Shown here one piece after another: positions 55,093-64,000 of a stretch of DNA of 64,000 nt (position 1 is its first letter; each line of letters opens with the position of its first letter). The position numbers were made by a program, and so were the translations under genes. Source of the DNA: Balanoglossus misakiensis (lineage: Eukaryota; Animalia; Hemichordata). The notes below the pieces were generated by a model. That model was not told the origin of the DNA and searched no databases. It saw nothing but the letters and a program-made list of their open reading frames with translations. The stretch covers positions 14,608,550 through 14,672,549 of the forward strand of contig CM082579.2 of assembly GCA_040954595.2 (NCBI GenBank), written 5' to 3'.

Positions 55093-55303
55093 AAACCCCA
55101 ACGAAACCAATAGGGCCCAAGCGCTGGCTTGCGCTTGGGCCCTAAAAAACCCAGTAATACCAATAGGGCACAAGCCTGCTTGGCTTGTGCCCTAAAAAAC
55201 CCCAACGAAACCAATAGGGCCCAAGCGCTGGCTTGCGCTTGGGCCCTAAAAAATTCCAACGAAACCAATAGGGCCCAAGCGCTTGCTTGCGCTTGGGCCC
55301 TAA
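54986..55303. repeat. Stack of six ~50-54-bp palindromic hairpin units (displaced HINE termini)
   Basis: Six units of ..ccaatagggc(c/a)caagc-loop-gcttg(g/t)gccctaa, in variant order A,A,B,C,B,A. Confidence 0.95.
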
Positions 55304-55458
55304 TAATAATAATCTGACACTGAGACACACACAAAAAAAAACTTACATGATATACAATTGCTTTCGCCAATGTTTGAAAAATATGCTGTCAGTCGCTCTA
55401 TCTGATGAACAGATCGCATCAAGTAAAACATTAGAAGAATTTTCGAGTCTACGCTTAA

Positions 55459-56253
55459 TATGGGTCCCTGGGATCTTTTTGCTCGTTGCTATGGGCCTTT
55501 ATAGGACATTACACCCCGATTTGGACTAAGCCGTTTTCAGAGTCTAACAAGGGGCTGGTAACTAGTTGAAAATCTGCACGATTGTGAGCGCGCGCCCCCT
55601 GACGCCATTGATATGAAAATTAGCTAGGTCAAATTTCAAAAGCCTAAGGCTTTTTATTCCGTGACCTCAAAAACGAACTTGATACGTATTCATTAGTTGC
55701 TTGAACCAGGGAAGATCGTGACGGATTTTGTTTTCGAATATTATCGTTGTATCCTAAGATTTCAGCATACCCGTACCACACCTGAAAAAGTCATCGATTT
55801 TGGGTGTTTTTGGACGCACTCTTCCACCGGTATCGCTTCTTAGCACGACGAAAACCGAAAAAACGATCCGTCACACTGTGCGGAAGTGCGTTCTCAACAA
55901 GCAGGTCAAATTTGACTGGCGTACGTGGCCTATGAAAAAAGCCTTAGGGATTTTCGTGAACGGTACAAAATCTCTGTGTACAAAACATTGGATTTTTAGC
56001 GTTCGATCCAGTTACTGTGGTTACAGGACGCGCACGCTATCGCTGACCGCTGCTTTGCCGTATTAGCGTGGCGGCCTATGGCCGGGTGGTAGCTGCCGTA
56101 AACATACTCGGACAGGGGGTGTGCACATAATCGTGCAGATTTTCAACTAGTTACCAGCCCCTTGTTAGACTCTGAAAACGGCTTAGTCCAAATCGGGGTG
56201 TAATGTCCTATAAAGGCCCACAGCAACGAGCAAAAAGATCCCAGGGACCCATC
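55459..56253. mobile_element. TTAA-targeting MITE with ~140-bp TIRs (Kolobok-like), 795 bp
   Basis: 55460-55600 (atgggtccctgggatctttttgctcg...ccccctg) is the near-perfect reverse complement of ~56113-56252; TTAA at 55455-55458 and 56254-56257; right terminus reads GA inward, fitting Kolobok RR ends rather than piggyBac CCC. Confidence 0.88.
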
Positions 56254-56385
56254 TTAAAACTGTACATATTGCGTCTAAAAACTTCACCAAGTGACAATAC
56301 ATGTACATGGTTTGTAGCAAACATACCCGATGCACAGCAAAATGGTGGAAGACCGAGAAATCTTCTGCAAACATTATTGTACATA

Positions 56386-57267
56386 CAGTAAAACCTGTCA
56401 AAACCGGACCCTGGTAAAACCGGACCACTGTCCATACCGAACGATTTTTTCAGTCCCTGCCCACTCCCATAGACGCCCTGTGTTAAAAAACCTCTGCAGA
56501 CCGGCCACTGTCTACTGTGGAAACCGGACGGGATTTCGAGCGAAAACCGGACGGAACGACTGTTTGAAGACGGCATCTTTTCAAGTTTCTTTGTTTTTGC
56601 TACGTTAAAGATATGATGAATCACTGTCTTTTGTCTTTGAGTTTTGTTTTGACCAATTTAACAAGCAATCAACGGCGTGGAGCTGTCACTCAAGCAAGGC
56701 GTGAACGCATTCTATTGTTCGACTCCTTTGTCGCATATTTTTGACAAGTGGAGTGTCACCGCAGTAATGAGCTCTGTTGTCGGCTGATCAAACATAACGT
56801 TTCCCCGTGTCATTTTTTTCGGACGGTCAAAGCTATGAAGGCACATTTAATCAGAGCGATGTATACGAGCGCGTCTGTCCTGGCTAGCAACGGAGTCGTA
56901 CGATCGTGCGGTTGTAGATTGCTCCATCACTTCCGCGTTCGGCGCGTTCGGCGGCGCTAGTGCGTTCGCTCGCATATTTTGCGAGTCCAGCTGTAGCCAG
57001 GCCGTTCGTGAGTGTAGTTCTCGTTCACATAAAAAAAAGGAAAAATATTTATTGTGTATTCGTTTAGACCTATGCTAAATTATCCATACACTTTATTGTT
57101 CCATGACGCCCGTGGTCGTACGTGCGTATGGTATGTATACGGTCGATGTGTGAAACACGGCCGGATCGGAAAACTTTTGACCACGCCCACCCCTCCAAAC
57201 CGGACCACTGTTCAAACCGGACAGATTTCTCAGTCCCCCCAGAGTCCGGTTTTGACAGGTTTTACTG
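56386..57267. mobile_element. Tc1/mariner-pogo-type MITE, 882 bp, TA TSD
   Basis: Perfect 24-bp TIR cagtaaaacctgtcaaaaccggac / gtccggttttgacaggttttactg; TA at 56384-56385 and 57268-57269; repeated subterminal aaaccggac motifs; no transposase ORF. Confidence 0.93.
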
Positions 57268-59250
57268 TAGTTTTAAATTTTTTCATCGGTTTAACTTTAA
57301 AGGATGCCCACAAACTGCAACAGTAAATATTACTACAATATGCCAAAAATAAAACTTTCTTCACATCTTGACTACAATGTTGAAAATGTCTCAATAGCAT
57401 GTTTGCTCTTACACAAAATGCTCTTCTCTGTCGTTCAATATCTTCATTATCACAACCATCACAAGATATAACATGGCCCAGATAGGTGTGTACAGGTACA
57501 AACTTTAAAGTGATGTCATTAAGTTTAACCGAAGGAATTCTTTGAACGCTCATATTCTTCCCATTAAAAAGCATGCACACAGTTTTACTAGAATTATAAA
57601 TGATATCATAATCCTTGCCATAAATTTCACAAATTCTAAGAAGACGGCGTAGACCCTTAATACTTGGACTGAGTAGAGTCATGTCGTCAGCGTAACCTAA
57701 AGTGTTAGCGCTGACACCACACATGGTACAGCTAACTTTGGCTTTACAGAGTGCATTGATAATATCATCAATGTAGACATTAAAAAGATAGGGAGAGAGT
57801 ACCCCCCCTTGTCTTACACCGTTAGAAACAGAAAACAACTCTGAGGTTTCATTACCCCACAACACAGTAAACAATTGATTTCTGTACCATTAATATAAAA
57901 TTCGTACAGCATACAAGGGAACATTCCTGTCGATGTGCTTGTTAATTATAACCAGTTTAAAGTGATTAACTCTGTCAAAAGCTTTTGAAGCATCCAGAAA
58001 ACAAGTAAACACTGGTCTTCCATTGCTGGTGTAGTAGCTAATGATTTCTTTAAATGCAAATAAACACAGGTCAGTTGAATGTTCTCGCTTGAAACCAAAT
58101 TGTAAATAATGAGAGGTAAGAAACTCCTCACAACGAGAAAGTAAAATATGCTCAAAAACTTTAGAGAAAACAGTTGCTAGTGCTATCGGCCGGTAGTTAC
58201 TGGCATCACTACAAAGCTTAGTTTTATCCTTAATAATTGGAACTAAATTAACATTGATAGCCTCAGTTGGCAGGTAACCATGAACAATCATTGCATTAAT
58301 ACAACAAGTCAAAAAGGGTAAAATAGAGGAGTCTGAGAATTTGAGGTGCTCAGCTAAAATATTGTCAATGCCAGCTGTCTTACCATCAGGTAACTTATGT
58401 ATAGCAGAAATTACTTCGTCTTCAGAAACATACATATCAGAAGAAAATTTAACATACTTCATTTTCTCCTCGATGTCATTTCTACCAGTCTGAGCCTGGA
58501 CAGAATTCAAAATATCACTGAAATGCTTGTGCCACATAATTGCAATTTCACTCTCACCAGTCGCTCCACCTACAGTGTCAGAAAGCGGCGTTTTTCTGCT
58601 AGTTTGCTTTCTGACTTCCTCCCAGAAGTCGTTCTGTTTGTGGCAGCGTAAATTATCAGCCATCTTGTCAGCCCTATTTTGATTCTCAATCTTTTTACAA
58701 GCACGTAAAGCATACTAAAAACGAGCTCTGGAAGATTTCATGGTTTCAAAAAGCGGGCCTTGTTTAGGTTAACCCACATTAACCCATAATAAAAACATGG
58801 AACGGGCATAGTCGTGACTTTCTTTTACAAAATCGTTCCAGCCAGGCACAACATGAACTTTCTGGTGAAACTTACGTCTAATGGTATCTTTTGCAGCACA
58901 ATTCAATGCGTCCACAATACTACTATAACAAGTATCAATTGCCTGTAAATGCGAAGGGTCTGTACAGTTCACATTAGTGCAGAATAACTCTTCGGATAAA
59001 TTAATCTTATCAATCTTGGCTTTGGTACAACCGGTGTAGGCGGATATATTCTGCTGTGACAATTGTTTCCAATCAACTCGAAAATTACATTGCTTGAAGG
59101 AACTACTGCTGAAGCTTTCATCAGCAGAAGTGTTGAAATGAACCTCTATTGAAACAGGAATATGGTCGGAGTCAACAACATTGCAAAGACTCGAAATTGA
59201 AAGAACATTGCTATGAGAAATTTCAGTGGTAACACAGTAGTCAATCCAAA

Positions 59251-59850
59251 CTCAGCGTAATTCAATAAAACGCCCTAACACAGCCTGAACTCCGATAATG
59301 TGTTGTCCCAAAATTCATTCCGTGGAAAATAATCACTGGTCTGTTTACGTATTTCAGCCGATTTTCCAAGGACTACTGCAACCCGCCAGAAGTGAGTAGC
59401 CTGCTAATGAGATCTCCACAACATAACGTAATGACGGTCAAAGTCCGATGCCCCAGTGTCCGTCCTCAGCCCACCAAAAAAAGCGAAAAAATATTACAAA
59501 AATCTTCTTCTCAAAATCGACGTGGCCTAGGACCTTGAAATTTGGCACAGGGGATTTTGGCCACATGGTCTACAAAAATCGCGAAAAGAATGTACATGCC
59601 CCCATTAACGTGCAAATTAGGTCAATTTGAAAATTTCGCTCGATTATAGCAACAAAGTCACGTGACTAATTACAAATTCAAAGGGCTGGTGCACCAGTAC
59701 TATGGGCCCCAACCACCGTGCCAAATTTGGAAGGCGCACCTGCCGGAATTTCAGAGAAAAACGGGCGCAAAAAACGACTCAAGAAGAAAGAAGACAAACT
59801 CCAGCAATAACAGAAGGGGACCAAGCGCCTGAGGGCTCTTGGTCCCCTAA
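59251..59850 (-). mobile_element. Truncated HINE retaining core, GAA tract and terminal hairpin
   Basis: Core from aaaaatcttcttctcaaaat (~59498) resembles E3 ~49218-49500; aagaagaaagaag tract; hairpin aggggaccaag...cttggtcccct (59815-59848) followed by AA. Confidence 0.78.
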
Positions 59851-60587
59851 ATATGGGACTAAACTTGACAGATACCCGGAATATTTTCCTATTCAGGATA
59901 CCTGGTTGCATTTCCACCTAAAGGCGTCCTATTGGCGTGGAAATTGTATAACTTGAAATCGTTTGACTGGGTGATAGGTATTAATATCTTATGATGTTAT
60001 AAAACACTTGGCTCGCCGAAGGTATGGACCGATTATAGCGTCAGTCGTGTCGTACAATCTATATGAACGTCATGGGTCAATAAACTTGATGGTCCAATAA
60101 AATTCAATGGTTAGTAAAACTATTGTGTCCAATGTCTGCAGAGTATACTGGCTGCAACATGTGTATGAGTCAGGATTAATGTCTGTAGCCATCAACCCAA
60201 AAGGTGAACGTCCTATTCTCACTAACTTAAATAGGTTTTGCGACCTAGTTGAGTTATAAAAACCTTATGATAAAGTCGACACAATTTCAAGATGACGATG
60301 TGCAAATGAGAGTTCATAAGCTAAAGTAAAGTTCAATGAATTCTATACAAAGTTCAAAAAAGATTGTTTACTAAAGGAAGACATGAAAAAACTGATATCG
60401 TCTCTTCATATTCGTACATGTCCAACTGTTGTGATTTGACCCCTCCCCCCCCCCAGGACATGGTACATGAAGCTATTACTTAGTACACACTTAAACAATT
60501 GGCATTTGAAGTGCCTTGCTTGACAGTGTTTAATGCGGTGGTCAGTCGCGTTTATCTCTCGCCACTTCATGCATCATGTCGCCTTAA

Positions 60588-60895
60588 AGGGGCAAACTCT
60601 CTCTCCCGTCGCCCTTTTCTATTAATAATGTTTGATACAAGACACCGTTTATATTAATGGGCATGTGTATATGTAGTGAATGAACGTTCAACCACACACA
60701 ACTTCCATCCTGCTTGTATGATATGAGAGTAAAAACTCGCCCAAAATGAATAAATGGTAGAGACCGATTTTTCAGTTTGGCGAGTTTTCGCTCTCGTGTC
60801 TACATGCGGGATGGAAGGTGTGTGCGGTTGAACGTTGCATCACTATATATCCACATTTACATTAACATAAACGGTGTTTTGTATTGTCATTTCTT
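60588..60895. mobile_element. Fold-back TTAA MITE (Kolobok-like), copy 1
   Basis: TTAA at 60584-60587 and 60896-60899; long inverted arms (aacgttcaaccacacac / gtgtgtgcggttgaacgtt); homologous to 61679-61969; right terminus degenerate. Confidence 0.75.
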
Positions 60896-61678
60896 TTAAT
60901 CGTGGATTTTCGTTTCTGATTTGTATGTATAATGAAAATCCATTTTGGGTCACTGCACTTGTTTTCGACTTTAAACAAGGCCGTGAATTTAGTCGATAAT
61001 TGAAGAAAACTGCTGACGGTCAGCATTTTCTACCAATGGTTTGCCTATGGATACAATATTGAACAAAGTTTATCTCAAAATAGACCGTGGTGAATTTATT
61101 TTGATTTGTCGGAGCTATGTGTAAAATTTCCTGAAAATGACAATAATAGAAGGGAGTTTTCTAACTATTCTCCATGTACTCCTATGGGAAGAGACACAGG
61201 CGCACTGTTTACCAGTTGACGTTCTGCGCGTACATCATTGAGTGTACTGGCAGCTAACTTATTGTTTATTTGTAACAGCAATTGGATCTTGGAGCACTGT
61301 TTGGAACACCCTTTGTGAAATATGAATGTCCAGAAGGTAAGTTGAATTGACCCTAGCCCTTTCACCAACATGGTTCAGTCAAAACCAATTGTTTTCTATG
61401 GTAATGTTGGACCTCTAAAGAGGAAACGGGGGGGGGGGGGGTGATGAAAGGTTTAAGACTTACAGATCACAACTTAAATAGCCATTCAGAAAGAGGCTTA
61501 GAGTGGAGTATCAAATCGGACGATACCACTGACTGGTGGAGGAAGACAAAATAAGCAAACTGAGTAGATGAGTGCTCAGATTTCTTCAGAGGACCAAACG
61601 TTTCAAAGAATTATACGTGACAATCCATGCCTGGTCCGTCAGTAGATATAAACAGAACATTGTGGCTGTATTCATTAA

Positions 61679-61969
61679 AGGGACAAAGTCTCTCTCTCGC
61701 TGCCCTTTTTCCATTAATTATGTTTGATACAAGACTGCGTTTATATTATTCTACATGTGGATATAGTGAATCAACGTTCAACCATACACACCTTCCACTC
61801 CGCTTGTATAGACACGAGAGTTTTAAAAAGTCGCCAAAATGAATAAACGGTCTCTACCATTTATTCATTTCGGGCGGGTTTTTACTCTCGTATCATACAA
61901 GCGGGATGGAAGTTGTGTGTGGTTGAACGTTCATTCACTAACATAAACGGTGTCTTGTATCATGTCCCT
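61679..61969. mobile_element. Fold-back TTAA MITE (Kolobok-like), copy 2
   Basis: ttaa-agggaca ... tgtccct-ttaa termini; inverted arms gatacaagac / gtcttgtatc and aacgttcaacca / tggttgaacgtt. Confidence 0.85.
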
Positions 61970-62230
61970 TTAACACTTTTGAAGCATTTTACTAATGCTA
62001 ACATGACTAGACCAATTGAATGATGTTACATTGCAGGTTATCAACTCAGAGGGGCGTCTTGTTATAAAGCGGTACCTGACAAACAATCAGCTGGCAATGC
62101 TGAAAATACCTGTCAGTCGTAAGTATGAAAGTATACATCATTTGAGTAGAATTTTATGGGAGATCTTAACAAGGCTTGGACATGTCACGCACAAATACAA
62201 AGGGCGCGTATAAAGACAGACAAAACCTCG

Positions 62231-64000
62231 CTTAGTGTGAGGTGTTCAGCGATTGCATCTGATAAGTCGAAAATGCTTGATCACGTGTCATGTTCAGTTG
62301 GGAAATTGGATATGTCTCAGGCCAAAAAAACTAATATGTGCTATTCCGATTACATGGTTTTCAAAAATAGGGTAGGTAGAAAGGGACATTTTTTTATTTT
62401 TCAATTTTTTTATATCTTTGGCCGTCGTAGTGTAGAAGAATGACATCATAGTTCTTGCGTGATTCTCGCAATTTTCATGAATTGTTGTATATTTGACATC
62501 GTTATTTTTACTTCCGGTTTACGAAGATCTAAACTGTTTTGGGTCGGCGGGCTAAAATTAGGGTAGTTCGGGTAATCGTTATGACATTGGGAGCTACGGC
62601 TGCAAAGCCATGTGTCTCGTGCGAAAAGGGCCAGACAGAGCAACATTCATCAGTAGAGACACTCATCGGTCGCTCGCTCGCTCGCTCGCTCACTCTCTCT
62701 CTCAGAGAGAGGGGGCAGACAGTCAGACAGACCGACGTTGACAGACAGTCAGTAAGTCAGTCAGCCAGTTAATCAGTCAGTCAGACGTCAAAGACACAGT
62801 GACACAAACACAGCGAGGGAGACAACAGGACCTTTCATGCTTAAACCCCTGTTCTTCTGTTATAAACTTTGAAAACCGTTCGTTTTCAGACTGCAGATTG
62901 CTCGAATAACGCGACACACTGCCGAAACAATAAAACAAATACTAGTGGGAGCTCATAAAATAAAATCGCTCAACCATTCCGTCGTCCTGAGTGACCTCAG
63001 CCACATTAATTCCGACGTCTTTTTAGGGTCATGAAAAAAGTCACAAATAAGGTATTTCCCCTAGGTCCACCTGAAGCAAAAAGTTTTCGTTTCGACTCCA
63101 TCATTCCGAATAATAAGAAAGCAACAAAATTGAAAAGACAGATGTAAAATGCACTCTCTCTCACGTGGTAACGTTTGTAACTATGGCAATCACGGTACGT
63201 GTTCAGTACACAGACAGGGAGAAAAGTTTCTCCATGCAATACATGTGTTCAGTAAGGTTTGACCTTGGTTTTACATTGTACCATGATCGCCGCTTTCTAA
63301 GCATGGATGAACGACGGCGGTCAGACCCAATCGAACCCTTTCATGTCAGATGACCACGGTATCTCCACTGTGAGATGACATTTGACAAACCATTTGATTT
63401 CAACAAAATCTTCGCGTCGTCAACGCGTCGCATACCAGTCGCATGTCGGTATTTACCCAATCATAAAAGTTGGAAATTCGGGAGACTCGATCTGCAACCA
63501 AGTTGAGAGTAAATTTTGACGTTTGACTATTGGCAAGTAAACAGGTTACACAATGACTTGTCGGTTTTTCCTCCGTCATGGTCGTTCTCGACCCAAGTCC
63601 CCCCTCCCAATGTCCTTCCTTGACATTTAGACACACCTTGCGGTATGACCTTGGTGGTCATGTGCAATTAGTTTTCTTGTATAAAAGCTTTTCATGCCGG
63701 GGTAGACGACTTGTGCGTGGATCATCAACATTTCAGTGATATTTCAACGCAAAGTTTTAGCAATATTAAGAAAACAGGTAGTGAGGTGTCAAATGCATAT
63801 CAATGTACGAAAATTAGGTCAAGCCACCCGACAGCAACCGCTTTCACACAGTGTCGGACGTTGCACGGAATGTGAAACGTTACACTGCTTCGGCCGTTCA
63901 CATGCACCTGGGCGTGGGTTTGATTGATGGTCAAACGCCCCCACTTACTTTGGGCGTTTTCAATGGTAAATGTGTCGTATTGATCAAAACCTTGCCGTAA
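62231..64000 (+). repeat. Copy 2 of the long direct repeat (matches 1-1923)
   Basis: Same sequence lacking 404-567 (164 bp), with 13 extra bp (tcccccctcccaa near 63598) and roughly 20 scattered substitutions by eye. Confidence 0.97.

Larger units (their letters stand above)
49523..55145 (-). mobile_element. HINE E4 (internally deleted subfamily B), nested in E3; body 49523-50407, tail 55093-55145
   Basis: Head identical to E2's; body near-identical to E2 (ORFs at 47770 and 49990 differ by one residue) with deletions; tail identical to E2's tail. Confidence 0.8.
48413..55195 (-). mobile_element. HINE E3 (subfamily C), nested in E2; body 48413-49522, tail 55146-55195
   Basis: The only head with subTIR gggcAcaagc (48436-48445) and the only tail with gggcAcaagc...gcttgTgccc (55166-55192). 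Confidence 0.85.
46981..55249 (-). mobile_element. HINE E2 (subfamily B), nested in E1; body 46981-48412, tail 55196-55249
   Basis: Head attaaagctgcaagcagcattgtccgggcccaagctctattatctgatctg directly after E1's (GAAA)n; B-type tail aaccccaacg...gcgctggcttgcgc. Confidence 0.8.
45083..55303 (-). mobile_element. HINE E1 (subfamily A), outermost nested element; body 45083-46980, terminal hairpin 55250-55303
   Basis: Head attaaa-gctgc-ga-gcagc-attgtc-gggcccaagcgct; ~240-bp repeats; 155-bp duplication (46361/46516); (GAAA)n; A-type tail aattccaacgaaaccaatagggcccaagcgcttgcttgcgcttgggccctaa. Confidence 0.82.
55343..59248 (-). pseudogene. Inactivated LINE ORF2 (endonuclease end plus reverse transcriptase)
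   Basis: ORFs 58769-59062, 57890-58663 and 57230-57874 share one frame, broken by premature stops at ~58769, ~58715 and ~57890. It continues at 56258-56385 and 55343-55458 to a stop after ...WRKQLYIM. Confidence 0.9.
55304..59250 (-). mobile_element. 5'-truncated non-LTR retrotransposon (LINE; CR1/L2 group, possibly Daphne-like), interrupted by two MITEs
   Basis: APE C-terminal motifs WIDY and SDHIPV near 59248-59155; RT motifs NYRPIAL, QFGFK, FLDASKAFDRVNH, GVRQGGVLSPYLF, YADD, YLG; C-terminus YNNVCRRFLGLPPFCCASGMF; short 3' region ending in (ATT)n. Clade assignment is from recall. Confidence 0.92.

Noticed and set aside
54986-55303. CRISPR-like array of palindromic repeats
   Set aside because: No unique spacers, no cas genes, eukaryotic TE context; the units match HINE termini.
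54800-55370. ORFs with RAQAQASAWALLVSL repeats
   Set aside because: Translations of the stacked hairpin units.
57230-59062. Functional RT gene, retron or group II intron
   Set aside because: APE remnant and LINE-type motifs, premature stops, MITE insertions and 5' truncation indicate a dead LINE.
31312-59850. Autonomous Helentron Rep/Helicase gene
   Set aside because: No long ORF or HUH/PIF1 helicase motifs in the window; the mobilising enzyme must be encoded elsewhere.
60403-60472. Small imperfect inverted repeat (cttcat...gtacatgtcc / ggacatggtacatgaag) around a C-run
   Set aside because: Short, single and without a TSD; too weak to call.

Overview
Non-coding, repeat-saturated eukaryotic DNA, probably from an invertebrate animal; no intact host gene, RNA gene or CRISPR array is visible. 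(1) Positions 1-1923 recur almost identically at 62231-64000, suggesting a ~62 kb duplication unit. (2) 2249-44129 is an AT-rich 78-bp satellite with a quasi-palindromic monomer and several kb-scale duplications, interrupted by one complete Helentron-type non-autonomous element (HINE/DINE-1-like) at ~31312-33075. (3) 45083-55303 is the main finding: seven HINE-like elements whose seven left ends and seven terminal hairpins pair like nested brackets. Each element appears to have inserted at the same site in the previous one, giving a six-deep Russian doll with the displaced hairpin ends stacked in last-in-first-out order. (4) 55304-59250 is a dead 5'-truncated LINE (APE end plus RT) split by two MITEs whose removal restores the frame. 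(5) 59251-62230 holds a HINE tail and two related TTAA fold-back MITEs whose interiors are inverted relative to each other. All calls were made by eye from the sequence and ORF track; no searches were run, so family names and novelty are unverified.
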